Assembly: GCA_905182615.1 (NCBI GenBank)
Contig: CAJJCG010000084.1
Coordinates: 1-57,081 of the forward strand
Direction of reading: 5' to 3'
Source of the DNA: Alphaproteobacteria bacterium UBA2964
GTDB taxonomy: Bacteria > Pseudomonadota > Alphaproteobacteria > MPNO01 > UBA2964
Length of the DNA stretch: 57,081 nucleotides
Shown here: in pieces, positions 29,458 through 39,747 of the stretch
How the letters are laid out: each line of letters begins with the position of its first letter
Numbering within the stretch: the stretch's first letter is position 1
Notes under the pieces: generated by a model
The model's database searches: none
Seen by the model: the letters and a program-made list of their open reading frames with translations, nothing else
What the model was told of the DNA's origin: nothing
Translations under genes and position numbers: made by a program

Positions 29458-30297
29458 ATGAGACTCTATCTACAGCCGAAATCCGTAGACGAGGCTGTAC
29501 AAGCCCTCTCCGAGAATAGTCTATACGTCCTGGCGGGCGGCACTGACTATTATCCAGCGCACGTTGGCAAGCCGTTGGACGACGACATTCTCGACATCAC
29601 CGGCATAACGGACCTCCGAGGTATTACGGAGAACGACGATCATTTTTATATTGGTGCGCTAACTCGCTGGACGGATATCATCGAAGCCGGGATTCCGGAT
29701 TATTTCGATGGGCTTAAGCTGGCGGCACGCGAAGTCGGCGGCGTCCAAATCCAAAATGCGGGCACCATAGCGGGAAACATTTGCAATGCGTCCCCAGCGG
29801 CTGACGGTATCCCACCACTATTGTCGCTAAACGCAGACATCGTTCTCGCCTCTACTCGCGGCAAGCACTCTATGCCACTCGCTAAGTTCATCATGGGCAA
29901 TCGCAAAACTCGCTGCGCCAGCGATGAAATTGTAACCGGTTTCCGGATTCCCAAACCTGGACACCCCGCGACATCGACATTTTTGAAACTCGGGGCCCGA
30001 AAATATCTGGTCATTTCCATTGTGATGGTCGCTGCCGTCATCGAAAACGATAACGGAAATGTTGGCGCCGTTCGGATCGCGGTTGGGTCCTGTTCCGCCG
30101 CCGCAAAAAGACTACATATGCTAGAAAGGTCACTCGCCGGGCAGCCCATTAGCTCAGGCATCGGTGACCTCGTTACAGAAAGCCACTTAAACCAGCTATC
30201 GCCAATCGATGATGTCAGGGGTAGCGCCGATTATCGGCGCGATGTAGCCCTAACATTAGTACGACGAGCTCTTGAAGAATTGGTTGCTAGCGCATGA
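29458..30297 (+). CDS. Xanthine dehydrogenase family FAD-binding (medium) subunit
   Basis: LAGGTD, VGGVQIQNAGTIAGN..NASPAAD, SPIDDVRGSADYRR. Confidence 0.92.
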   Translation: MRLYLQPKSVDEAVQALSENSLYVLAGGTDYYPAHVGKPLDDDILDITGITDLRGITENDDHFYIGALTRWTDIIEAGIPDYFDGLKLAAREVGGVQIQNAGTIAGNICNASPAADGIPPLLSLNADIVLASTRGKHSMPLAKFIMGNRKTRCASDEIVTGFRIPKPGHPATSTFLKLGARKYLVISIVMVAAVIENDNGNVGAVRIAVGSCSAAAKRLHMLERSLAGQPISSGIGDLVTESHLNQLSPIDDVRGSADYRRDVALTLVRRALEELVASA

Positions 30298-33026
30298 CTG
30301 AAATCAACTTCTCCCTGAACGGCAAGACAACCACCATCGAGGCCAACCCCGTCCGACGGCTCGCACATGTACTGCGCGATGACCTCGGGTTTACCGGCAC
30401 CAAGATTGGCTGCGATGCTGGTGATTGCGGCGCCTGCACCGTCCGCATCGATGGGCGTCAGGTTTGTGCCTGCCTCGTTCCCATCGCGCAGGCAGATGGT
30501 ACGGAAGTCATTACCGTTGAAGGTTTGTCAGAAACCAATGGCCTCAGCCCCCTACAGGAAGCATTTCATTTATATGGCGCCGCGCAGTGCGGCATCTGCA
30601 CGCCGGGCATGCTGATGGCCGCAAGCGATCTGCTTGACCGAAATGATAATCCCATCGAAGAAGAAGTCTATGATGCTCTTGGCGGCGTGCTGTGCCGCTG
30701 CACTGGTTATCGAAAAATTGTCGATGCTATCCTTCACGTCGGAAATACCGCCGAGGCCAATATCATTGAGCCCGCAGTCGGCGAAGCAGTTGGTGCGCGC
30801 GCAGCAAAACTCGACGGCAAACAGAAGATTACCGGTACGGAGCTGTACGGTGCCGATGAAGCACCAGCGGATTCTTTATGGCTTCGCGCCGTTCGTTCCC
30901 CCTATTGGCGGGCCACATTTATCCTTGGCGATTTTGGTCCCTTAAAAACCAAACACCCTGGGCTGACTGATGTTCTAACCGCGAACGACGTGCCCGGTCT
31001 CAACGGGTTTGGTATTTACCCCGATGTCAAAGACCAACCAGTCCTTGCTGACGGCTTTGTTCGCTATCGCGGCGAAGCTGTGATTGCCCTGGTCGGCGAC
31101 GCAGCAACCATCGCCTCAATCCAGGACAGCGAGCTGCCGATTTCGTGGCAAGAACAGGATCCGGTTCAAGGGTTTGGGCCACCAGTTGCCGATGCGGCAC
31201 CGCAACTCCACAAAGACTACCCGAGCAATATTCTCGCCAACGGCATAACGCTTAAGGGTCATATTAAAAACGGTTTTGTAGATAGCACCGCCGTCTTTGA
31301 AGAATCCTTCGCAACGGGTTTTGTGGAACATGGCTATATCGAGCCTGAAGCAGGTTGGGCCCGACGTGTAGGGGATCGTATCGAAGTGACGGTTACGACC
31401 CAGAGCCCCTACATGGATCGGGACGAAGTCGCGATCATCATGGGGCTCGCCCCGGAAAATGTCCGCATTATTCCTACTGCCTGCGGTGGTGGGTTCGGCG
31501 GCAAGCTCGATCAAACTGTACAGCCCCTCGTTGCCATCGCAGCCTGGAAACTCAACAGACCGGTCCGGTGTACGTTCAACCGGCTTGAGAGCATGGCAGC
31601 CACGACGAAACGACATCCATCACGGATTACGGCGCGATATGGCTGCTCTGACGATGGCAGGCTGCAAGCATATGAATTCAATGGCGATTTTAATACTGGG
31701 GCCTACGTTTCTTGGGGTCTAACTGTTAAGGATCGCGTACCGATCCATGCGACGGGCCCCTATTTCGTACCCAATGTCAGTGCAAAATCACGCGCTTTCT
31801 TCGCGAACGAGACTCCCGCTGGTGCCTTCAGAGGTTTCGGTGTTCCACAGGTAGCCATCGCCCACGACGCCCTGATGGATATGATGGCAGAAAAGACTGG
31901 CATCGATCCGCTGGAGTTCCGCCACATAAATGCCATTCGTAAAGGACAGGAAACAGCAACAGGACAAAAGCTCGAAAGTGCCGGGCTCGATCAGTGCCTC
32001 GACGCGTTGCGCGATGACTGGCAGGCATGGCGTGCCGACGCAGAGGCTCACAATGCCACCAACAAAACCAAGCGCCGGGGCGTTGGTGTCGGCTGCATGT
32101 GGTATGGCTGCGGCAACACCTCAATCGCCAACCCCTCCACCATGCATATCGGTCTAACGGCGGATGGCACCGTGACGCTCTACTCCGGTGCCCAGGATAT
32201 CGGCCAAGGAACCAATACCACGATGATGCAGGCAGCAGCGGATAGTCTCGGAATTGGCCTCAATCAATTGAACCTTGTTTGTGGCGATACCGACCTCACC
32301 GCAGATGCCGGGAAAAGTTCCGCATCACGGCAAGCCTACGTTTCAGGCAATGCTGTAAAGATAGCAGGCGAAGATCTGCGCGGTCAGATTCTACGACTAG
32401 CCAATGTTGGCGAAAACGCATCGATTGAATTTGGGTCGGGAACACTGGTTGTCCGCGAAGGGGATACATCGCGTGAGATTGACCTGTCTTCTTTGCCGAA
32501 GACGGAAATTGGAGAAGTATTACGGGGTGAAGGCTACTTTGATCCGCCCACCGAACCGCTTGATGAGAATGGGCAAGGCAAACCCTATGGTACCTATGGT
32601 TTCGCGGCCCAAATCGCCGACGTCGAAGTTGATGTTGAATTGGGCACAGTGAAAGTCCTGCGCATAGCGGCTGCTCACGATGTCGGTCAGGCATTGAATC
32701 CGCAGCAGGTTGAGGGTCAAATTCACGGCGGCGTTGCTCAGGGACTAGGGTTCGCGCTGATGGAAGAGTACATCCCGGGCCGTACAGAAAATTTGCACGA
32801 TTATTTAATGCCAACAATTGGTGATATTCCCAACATTAAGACCCATATAATAGAAGACCCCGAACCGACTGGACCATGGGGCGCCAAGGGCATTGGCGAA
32901 CCTGCACTCTGTGCGACAGCACCAGCTATCTTTGGTGGCATTTATCAAGCGACCGGCGTTCGGGTCACGCAGGCACCCTGTACCCCCGATAGATTAAGGG
33001 CCGCCATTTTGAGTAATAAGGCGTAA
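30294..33026 (+). CDS. Molybdenum hydroxylase with fused 2x[2Fe-2S] and Moco-binding domains
   Basis: GTKIGCDAGDCGACTV, QCGICTPG, LCRCTGY, GGGFGGK, GAFRGFG, QDIGQG, GAKGIGEP; ATGA overlap with FAD subunit. Confidence 0.92.
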   Translation: MTEINFSLNGKTTTIEANPVRRLAHVLRDDLGFTGTKIGCDAGDCGACTVRIDGRQVCACLVPIAQADGTEVITVEGLSETNGLSPLQEAFHLYGAAQCGICTPGMLMAASDLLDRNDNPIEEEVYDALGGVLCRCTGYRKIVDAILHVGNTAEANIIEPAVGEAVGARAAKLDGKQKITGTELYGADEAPADSLWLRAVRSPYWRATFILGDFGPLKTKHPGLTDVLTANDVPGLNGFGIYPDVKDQPVLADGFVRYRGEAVIALVGDAATIASIQDSELPISWQEQDPVQGFGPPVADAAPQLHKDYPSNILANGITLKGHIKNGFVDSTAVFEESFATGFVEHGYIEPEAGWARRVGDRIEVTVTTQSPYMDRDEVAIIMGLAPENVRIIPTACGGGFGGKLDQTVQPLVAIAAWKLNRPVRCTFNRLESMAATTKRHPSRITARYGCSDDGRLQAYEFNGDFNTGAYVSWGLTVKDRVPIHATGPYFVPNVSAKSRAFFANETPAGAFRGFGVPQVAIAHDALMDMMAEKTGIDPLEFRHINAIRKGQETATGQKLESAGLDQCLDALRDDWQAWRADAEAHNATNKTKRRGVGVGCMWYGCGNTSIANPSTMHIGLTADGTVTLYSGAQDIGQGTNTTMMQAAADSLGIGLNQLNLVCGDTDLTADAGKSSASRQAYVSGNAVKIAGEDLRGQILRLANVGENASIEFGSGTLVVREGDTSREIDLSSLPKTEIGEVLRGEGYFDPPTEPLDENGQGKPYGTYGFAAQIADVEVDVELGTVKVLRIAAAHDVGQALNPQQVEGQIHGGVAQGLGFALMEEYIPGRTENLHDYLMPTIGDIPNIKTHIIEDPEPTGPWGAKGIGEPALCATAPAIFGGIYQATGVRVTQAPCTPDRLRAAILSNKA

Positions 33027-33040
33027 ATTCGGAGAGCCCA

Positions 33041-33571
33041 ATGTTAGTTCGACCCTTAATCGCAATAGCCGTGGCAGCATTCCTGATCGCACCGGTAGTT
33101 GCCCAAGATCACAAGATGCCAATGCATCATCCTTCCGCTGACAAAATGGCGCACAAATCGATCATGCTAGAACAGCCTTGGGCACGGGCATCAATTGGCA
33201 AAAATGGTGCCGCGTATGTGACGGTCATCAATCATGGAAAATCGGCCGACAATTTAATTGGCGTCGAGGCAAAGGTTGCTAAACGTGTCCAGTTACATAC
33301 CCATAAGAATGACGGTGGGATCATGCGGATGCGCCATATCAAAAGCATCCCTGTACCCGCAGAAGGCTCAGTGACTCTTAAACCGGGCGGTCATCACATC
33401 ATGATGATGGGGTTAACGCATAAGCTCAAAACGGACGAAGAATTTCCTCTGACGCTGGTCTTTGAAAAGGGCGGCAAAGTGAAAGTTCAGGTCAAAATCA
33501 AACATGCCGGGGCGCTGAGCGGTTCTTCTTATCACCAGAAAGGCCACGGCGAAAACAAGATGAAGCACTAA
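33041..33571 (+). CDS. Periplasmic copper chaperone PCu(A)C
   Basis: Signal peptide, PWARA, LHTH...GIMRM, LKPGGHHIMMMGL; His/Met-rich termini. Confidence 0.9.
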   Translation: MLVRPLIAIAVAAFLIAPVVAQDHKMPMHHPSADKMAHKSIMLEQPWARASIGKNGAAYVTVINHGKSADNLIGVEAKVAKRVQLHTHKNDGGIMRMRHIKSIPVPAEGSVTLKPGGHHIMMMGLTHKLKTDEEFPLTLVFEKGGKVKVQVKIKHAGALSGSSYHQKGHGENKMKH

Positions 33572-33575
33572 CGCT

Positions 33576-34640
33576 TTAACTGTCGAGAATTGAGGCGACG
33601 AGCGCTTCACCAAACCCACTTGTTGTACAACTGCCCCCAAGGTCAGATGTTCGTGTTGATTCGGAAACGAGCAGCGCATCAGTCTTTTCCGCAAGAAACC
33701 GTCCTGCCTTCGTCAGCTTGACGTCAACATGTTTGGCGCCCAGGTGATCCAGCAACATCGCCGTCGAATGCACCATCGCGACAGGGTTGGCGATATTTTG
33801 TCCCGCAATGTCAGGGGCCGAGCCATGCGCCGCCTGTGCAATCGCGTGATCATCACCAGCGTTGAGCGATGCCGCAAGTCCAAGACCTCCAGCAAGTTCC
33901 GCAGCCTCATCCGATAAAATGTCACCAAACATATTTGTTGTCACAACGACATCGAACTTTTCAGGAGATCGAACGAGGAGCGCCGCCATGGCATCAACGA
34001 TTACCTTGTCGACAGTGACATCGGGATAATCCACAGACACAGCATCAACCTGATTCAGGAATAGACCACTGTAATGGCGCAATACATTGGCTTTATGGAC
34101 AGCCGTAACCCGCTTGGTACGACGCATGGCGAGCTCAAAGGCGGCGACTGCAATGCGCCGGCAGCCTTCTGTTGTCGCCTTGCCAACAGCAAGAGCGACA
34201 TCGGGAGTCGGCATAAACTCGCCGGTTCCGACCGCCATATTACGGTCTGCGTAAAACCCTTCAGTATTTTCGCGAACAATGATGAGGTCCATAGCAGAAA
34301 CATGCCCCGGGACTCCCGCGCGAATTTTGCTAGGTCGGATATTGGCATATAGATCAAATTGGGTACGAAACCACGCCGATATATTGATCCCGCCCTCTGC
34401 CGTCGACGGATAATCTTCTGTCGATGCTGGCCCCAGGACGACGCCATCTGCCTCCCGGGCTTTAGCCGCCACCTCGTCGGGAATCGTCGTGCCGATGGAC
34501 TTCAGGGCCGCCAGACCGGCTTCCTGCCGATCAAGTTCAAGCCCCAGTGAGAAACGGCGATCTAACGCCTGTAACGCGGCATCAGCCACTGAAATAATTT
34601 CAGGCCCGATTCCATCGCCCGGAAGAATTAGGATATTCAT
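33576..34640 (-). CDS. Isocitrate/isopropylmalate/tartrate dehydrogenase family protein
   Basis: LPGDGIGPEI, DLYANIRP, VRENTEG, HKANVL, NMFGDILSD, HGSAPDIAG. Confidence 0.9.
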   Translation of the reverse strand: MNILILPGDGIGPEIISVADAALQALDRRFSLGLELDRQEAGLAALKSIGTTIPDEVAAKAREADGVVLGPASTEDYPSTAEGGINISAWFRTQFDLYANIRPSKIRAGVPGHVSAMDLIIVRENTEGFYADRNMAVGTGEFMPTPDVALAVGKATTEGCRRIAVAAFELAMRRTKRVTAVHKANVLRHYSGLFLNQVDAVSVDYPDVTVDKVIVDAMAALLVRSPEKFDVVVTTNMFGDILSDEAAELAGGLGLAASLNAGDDHAIAQAAHGSAPDIAGQNIANPVAMVHSTAMLLDHLGAKHVDVKLTKAGRFLAEKTDALLVSESTRTSDLGGSCTTSGFGEALVASILDS

Positions 34641-34939
34641 GATCTATGTACGCCATATGAACTTGAAAGGTTCTTGTTGGTAATGGAACCGGGCAAAGAC
34701 AATCAAGTAGAAAGGGATAAATTAATGCTTCTCGATCAAAAGAGATAGCAATGGAGCTTAGTCCGCAGACGGCGACTTATTTTACAGTTTCTCGTAATAG
34801 GCCATATCAGACCCGGCATATCAGTCCGCGCTGAGATACCCTGCAGCTTAATCCATCGCTTTTTGGGCATGGTATTGGAGGCTCCATCTGCATTGCCCAT
34901 ATAGGTTAGCAACGTCGTTACGGTCCACTCTTTCTCAAT

Positions 34940-35044
34940 TCTCTCACAAAACAGCTCGTCCAAAAACGATTAGATGTCGGCACAAACGTTACAGTAAGGT
35001 TCCCGACAGCACGCGTTGTTCGTAAATCCACGGAGAAACTTTAA
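34940..35044 (+). pseudogene. Remnant of the C-terminus of a sensor histidine kinase ATPase domain
   Basis: Hand translation SLTKQLVQKRLDVGTNVTVRFPTARVVRKSTEKL*, resembling L.LTK.LVE(LHGG...)GVGTTVTVRFPAERVV with an internal deletion. Confidence 0.45.
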
Positions 35045-36231
35045 GTCGCAAAAATCGATTTCTTGGGCTTCTTGCGCTTACGCCGTTTTCCGAGCTCAGC
35101 TGCTTTTTCAGCATCCAGGCGGGAATGCCGGACAAAACTCTCTCGATGTTCCGATGCATTGCCGTATTGACTCGCGAGTGTCATCGCGCGCCGAAGATAA
35201 AGACCTGCGTCATATTCATCCGTAAAGCCGATGGCCCCATGCATTTGAATGACCGATTTTGTCACCGACAAAACCGCTTCAGACGCCCGAGCCTTTACTG
35301 CGGCAACCATCGCCCGGCTACCATGCCCTCCATCTACAGCATTACAAACCTGATAGAGCAGTGACCGCACAAGCTCTATCTGAATATGATCATTTACCGC
35401 ACGGTGTTGCAGGGCCTGGAAACTGCCGATAGGACGACCGAATTGCTCTCGGGTCTGCATATATCCAACTGCGAGATCAAGTGCCTGCTCCATAACACCC
35501 AGCATTTCTGCGGAGACACCTAACATAATCCGGATATATATATCTGCGGCAAGTTTTTCACCTTGCTTTACACCCGCTATCAGAAGCTCATCCGCCATTA
35601 ACGTCACTTCGGCGAAGTCGATCGTACCATGTGCTGTACCATCGACCGTTCGAGAAGCGTCGACGGTTATGCCAAAAGTATCCCGAGGAACAATAATCAG
35701 AATAGTACCATCAGACGTATTGGCATCTACCAGGAACCCGTCGGCTACTTCTGCAAATGGAATGCCTGTCCGTGTGCCCGTTAGCTGATAGCCATAATGA
35801 TAATGTTCTGCAAAAATTCGCTCACGTTTTGCAGCCGGCACCGTAGGGTCTTGTAGCACTGGGATAAGTATATTTTTGCCCGACACGAGGCTGTTCAGCG
35901 CTTGCTCGGTCCCTGCACCTGTTGCCGCCCGCCCGGTCCCGACTGCGCGCGCACTAGCAGCCAACGCCGCCACAGGTTCGGTTACAAGGCCTCTTCCTGC
36001 CTGTTCCAAGGCGAGGGCAAGATCAGTAATTCCTAATCCCAGACCGTCGGCTTTTTCAGGGACCATCAGAGACAGCCACCCCGCTTCAGCAATAGTCTTG
36101 AGACGCCCCTTATCAAACCCAGATTCAACGTCACGAAGCTTCCGGTGCGCGTCCGGCCCGCCATAACGCTCGACGAGCTTCTCGGCACTCTCTTTTAATA
36201 GCTTTTGATCATCGTTTAGGACGAGTTCCAT
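35041..36231 (-). CDS. Acyl-CoA dehydrogenase family, FadE27/FadE28-like subunit of heteromeric ACADs
   Basis: REQFGRPIGSFQALQH, QMHGAIGFTDE, YG; degenerate FAD motif (LQDP instead of xSEP); start MELVLND. Confidence 0.88.
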   Translation of the reverse strand: MELVLNDDQKLLKESAEKLVERYGGPDAHRKLRDVESGFDKGRLKTIAEAGWLSLMVPEKADGLGLGITDLALALEQAGRGLVTEPVAALAASARAVGTGRAATGAGTEQALNSLVSGKNILIPVLQDPTVPAAKRERIFAEHYHYGYQLTGTRTGIPFAEVADGFLVDANTSDGTILIIVPRDTFGITVDASRTVDGTAHGTIDFAEVTLMADELLIAGVKQGEKLAADIYIRIMLGVSAEMLGVMEQALDLAVGYMQTREQFGRPIGSFQALQHRAVNDHIQIELVRSLLYQVCNAVDGGHGSRAMVAAVKARASEAVLSVTKSVIQMHGAIGFTDEYDAGLYLRRAMTLASQYGNASEHRESFVRHSRLDAEKAAELGKRRKRKKPKKSIFAT

Positions 36232-36235
36232 TGTT

Positions 36236-38428
36236 TTAACCCTCGGTCTGCCGGCTAAGGACCACCAAAGCATCGAGCGCATAAGCCCCATCACCAGACG
36301 ACAGCGCCACAAACGGATTAATATCCAGCGATTCAATCGAGTCCGAGTTATCGGCTGCCATCTGCCCTATTGCCACTAATGCATCAATAATGGCTTCCCT
36401 GTCGTAAGGGCCATCACCACGATAACCATCGATAATTCGACCCGCCCGTGTCTCATTGATCATACGACCAGCCCGTACCCGACCAAAGCCCGGGCTACAA
36501 AAGGACACATCTTTAATCAATTCCAGCCAAATGCCTCCTAGCCCAAACATGACCACAGGCCCCATCTCCGGATCGCGTTGAATGCCAATGACTAATTCTA
36601 GGCCGTTCGTCATCGACTGGGCGACTAACCAACCCTCTAGTTCAATAGACGAATCGTAACTGGCGACGTTCCTACCGATGTCATTACAAGCCTGTTCGAC
36701 CGCCGCATCATCTTGCAGCCCCAGGATGACCGCACCGGCATCCGATTTATGGGTCATCGCTGCCGCTACACCCTTAACGACAACTGGGTAGCCTATATCA
36801 TCAGCTATCCGAGCAGCCTCCTCAGGAGTCTTCGCAAAGCCTTCCCGAGGCAAATTGATACCGTATGAGGAGATCAAACTTTTAGAGTCCGGCTCACTAA
36901 GAGCGAACGGATCAGCAGATGACACTTTGGCAAGTGCCGCCTCTACCAAATCCGATGGCTTACCAAAATCAGGTGGTTGGCTTTGTCCTGCCTCGCGTAT
37001 GCGATCCCGGTAGGTAAAGGCAGACCTAAGCGCCTTGAATGCACGATTTGGTTCACTAAGTACCGGGATTTGGGGAAACTGCTTGCGAGCTTCGCGGCTA
37101 AACGCCGTCAAATCAGCCGATGCCGGCGATATAAGCCCTATCGGCTTACCACCCTTATCCAGAAAACTCTCCTGAAAACCCTTCATCGTATCCAAAACGC
37201 GTTTGGTTCTCCTTTTGTTGGCGTCATTAATTCCTTCACTAGGGGGTAAATCTTCCTGAAATAGTATAGTGCCTATATTGGGGTCGTTCTGAATAGCGGT
37301 GACCATCTCAACAATTGATTCCAGCTTTTGGTTCATAAAACCTGCCGCATCTAAAGGATTGCTGACCCGCAGATCTTCACCGAGAATTTCCCTAAATTTT
37401 GCAGCTGTCTCCGGAGCAAATTCAGGGAGCGGCACGCCATGACGATCTGCGGCATCAAGGGATAACCCTCTAACGCCGCCAGAATATACCAGAACGCCTA
37501 CATTATCGGTTTCAGGAATTCCTGCATTCACCAGTAACTCGATCAAATCAACAGCAGCATCACCACTTTCCACACGAATAACGCCGGCATCTCCAGCAAC
37601 AGCATCAAATGCTTCTACTGCGCCTGCCATAGACCCTGTATGGGCCAATGCCGCTGCACGCCCGCCTTCGGACACTCCCATCTTTAAAGCGACAACCGGT
37701 TTCCCGGCGTCACGCGCCCGGCGGCACGCCGCAAGAAAATCCTGCGGACGCCGAACAGCCTCGATCAGGCAAAAAATTACTCGGACATCAGGGTCGTCGA
37801 CAAAATAATTGATATAATCCGCCGTCGCGAGGCCTACCTCATTACCACTCGTGACGATGTATCCAACGTCAATGCCACGATCAATGAGCGTGCGCCCTAT
37901 TCCCGGCGTGGTGGTTCCACTTTGTCCAACCATGGCGACCGGGCCCTGAACCAGCTCACGGATGCGGTCGTCTGGAAGACACAAAGAACGACCACGGGCG
38001 GACATACTGCCGAGACAGTTTGGACCACAGACCGCAAGACCGGTTTCGTCGATAACGGACCGCAGTTCCTCTTCCAGCGCTATGCCTTCTTCCGTTCCAA
38101 GCTCGGAATACCCCGCGGCATATACGGTCGCACTTCGTGTCCCCATGTCTGCCGCCTCGCGCAGGATGCCACGGACCGAAGCAGCGGCGCGCATCACCAC
38201 CAGATGATCAGGAACTCCCGGCAAATCCGATAAATCTGCATAGCAGGGGACACCCCAAATCTCTTTGAATCGAGGGTTTACCGGCCAGACAGGCCCGTCA
38301 AATTCAAACCGCTGGTAATTCGCGAAGATGCGCGCAGTCCAATCCATCGGGTTCTCCCGTGCTCCAAGAATAGCAACGCTTCGTGGATTCAACAGAGCTT
38401 CAACCTTGCTGGCAGACCCTCCTCCCAT
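36236..38428 (-). CDS. ADP-forming acyl-CoA synthetase (acetate--CoA ligase family)
   Basis: GPNCLG, AHTGSMAG, NPLD, GYPVVVK..HKSDAGAV, LDINP. Confidence 0.9.
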   Translation of the reverse strand: MGGGSASKVEALLNPRSVAILGARENPMDWTARIFANYQRFEFDGPVWPVNPRFKEIWGVPCYADLSDLPGVPDHLVVMRAAASVRGILREAADMGTRSATVYAAGYSELGTEEGIALEEELRSVIDETGLAVCGPNCLGSMSARGRSLCLPDDRIRELVQGPVAMVGQSGTTTPGIGRTLIDRGIDVGYIVTSGNEVGLATADYINYFVDDPDVRVIFCLIEAVRRPQDFLAACRRARDAGKPVVALKMGVSEGGRAAALAHTGSMAGAVEAFDAVAGDAGVIRVESGDAAVDLIELLVNAGIPETDNVGVLVYSGGVRGLSLDAADRHGVPLPEFAPETAAKFREILGEDLRVSNPLDAAGFMNQKLESIVEMVTAIQNDPNIGTILFQEDLPPSEGINDANKRRTKRVLDTMKGFQESFLDKGGKPIGLISPASADLTAFSREARKQFPQIPVLSEPNRAFKALRSAFTYRDRIREAGQSQPPDFGKPSDLVEAALAKVSSADPFALSEPDSKSLISSYGINLPREGFAKTPEEAARIADDIGYPVVVKGVAAAMTHKSDAGAVILGLQDDAAVEQACNDIGRNVASYDSSIELEGWLVAQSMTNGLELVIGIQRDPEMGPVVMFGLGGIWLELIKDVSFCSPGFGRVRAGRMINETRAGRIIDGYRGDGPYDREAIIDALVAIGQMAADNSDSIESLDINPFVALSSGDGAYALDALVVLSRQTEG

Positions 38429-38503
38429 ATTCTTATCTTTCTTCTATCCTTATTATTTCGATCTTCGCGCAGGAAACCTCTGTTTGCAACGGCCCACCGG
38501 CCA

Positions 38504-38531
38504 TTGACAGCGACCAATCTCAGCGTAGGCT
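38504..38531 (+). promoter_or_regulatory. Candidate sigma70 promoter (TTGACA-N16-TAGGCT)
   Basis: Perfect -35 and a -10 identical to that at 9767-9772, upstream of the thiolase-like gene. Confidence 0.45.
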
Positions 38532-38565
38532 AAATCAATGGAGAGCAACAAGCCGGACCAAATAA

Positions 38566-39747
38566 ATGATTAATCCTCTGGCAAATAAGGACATCGCCAT
38601 CATCGGCTACGGTGAAGTGAAAAATGTCCGCCGTTCAGGCCGCACGACATATGACGTAGCTGCTGAAGCAACTTCCAATGTATTGGAATATACCGGTCTC
38701 GGCACTAAAGACATCGACGGCATGGCAACCGTCTTGCCCTCCAGTGAAGCGGGCAACAATTTTTGGTCAAATTATCTGGGTGATCATCTGGGGCTCCAAA
38801 CATCATGGACGCAAACCACCGACATAGGCGGCGCCTCAATGCCAGGCAATGTTGCCCGTGCAGCCGCAGCCATTCAGTCAGGATATTGTGAGACCGTCCT
38901 GTCCATTGCCGCAGCCACGCCCACGACCCGCCGCGTAGATGACCAGCGCTCCTATCGGTCAGAGTTCCGTAACCCGACAGGTATTCAGGGACCTCCGGGG
39001 GCATTCGGACTCATCATGCATCGCTATATGCACCAATATGATCTAAAATTTGAAGCGCTTGGTAAACTGGCCGTCGCCCAACGCAACGGTGCCGTCGTAA
39101 ACGAGTATGCGGTGGAAGGTCTTCGCAAGCCAATGACGGTTGACGATTACCTCAATGCCCGGATGGTTTCCACACCTCTACGTTTACTTGATTCCGTAAT
39201 GCCATGTGACGGCGCAAACGCGATCATCATCACCACGACCGAACGCGCTAAGAAGCTCGGTGTCAAAAATATGGCACACCCAATTGCGTATTCGGAACTG
39301 ACAAATTTCAACGTTCACGAACAACTGCCCGACATCACAGAAACAGGATTTAGCATTGCCGGGCCACACGCGCTGGGAAAGGCGGGCATGTCGCCTGACG
39401 ATATTGACATGTTCCACCCCTACGATGATTTCCTTATCGCTGAAATGCTGCAGCTGGAACAGATAGGTTTCTGTGGGCGCGGTGAAGGGTCAGAGTATCT
39501 TTTATCAACCGATATTTCACCGACTGGAAAACTGCCTATCAACACAGGAGGCGGACAAATATCGGCGGGGCAACCTGGACTCGCCGGCGGACAGATGAAT
39601 ATCATTGAAGCTCTCCGACAACTCTTTAATGAGGCAACCGACCGGCAAGTACCTAACCCGTCGACGGCGATGTGTACCGGGATTGGCGTTATCCCCTACG
39701 TCCGCAACTGGGGCTCAAGCGCCGTACTCATTCTGGAGCGAGGATAA
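38566..39747 (+). CDS. SCP-x/Ltp2-type thiolase-fold protein lacking canonical catalytic Cys
   Basis: DIGGAS at the nucleophile position, PCDGA, HPYDDF, PINTGGGQISAGQ. Confidence 0.85.
   Translation: MINPLANKDIAIIGYGEVKNVRRSGRTTYDVAAEATSNVLEYTGLGTKDIDGMATVLPSSEAGNNFWSNYLGDHLGLQTSWTQTTDIGGASMPGNVARAAAAIQSGYCETVLSIAAATPTTRRVDDQRSYRSEFRNPTGIQGPPGAFGLIMHRYMHQYDLKFEALGKLAVAQRNGAVVNEYAVEGLRKPMTVDDYLNARMVSTPLRLLDSVMPCDGANAIIITTTERAKKLGVKNMAHPIAYSELTNFNVHEQLPDITETGFSIAGPHALGKAGMSPDDIDMFHPYDDFLIAEMLQLEQIGFCGRGEGSEYLLSTDISPTGKLPINTGGGQISAGQPGLAGGQMNIIEALRQLFNEATDRQVPNPSTAMCTGIGVIPYVRNWGSSAVLILERG

Noticed and set aside
29458-33026. Aerobic Mo-Cu carbon monoxide dehydrogenase
   Set aside because: Lacks the AYxCSFR loop (has GAFRGFG), FeS domain is fused to the large subunit, and no coxDEFG genes are present
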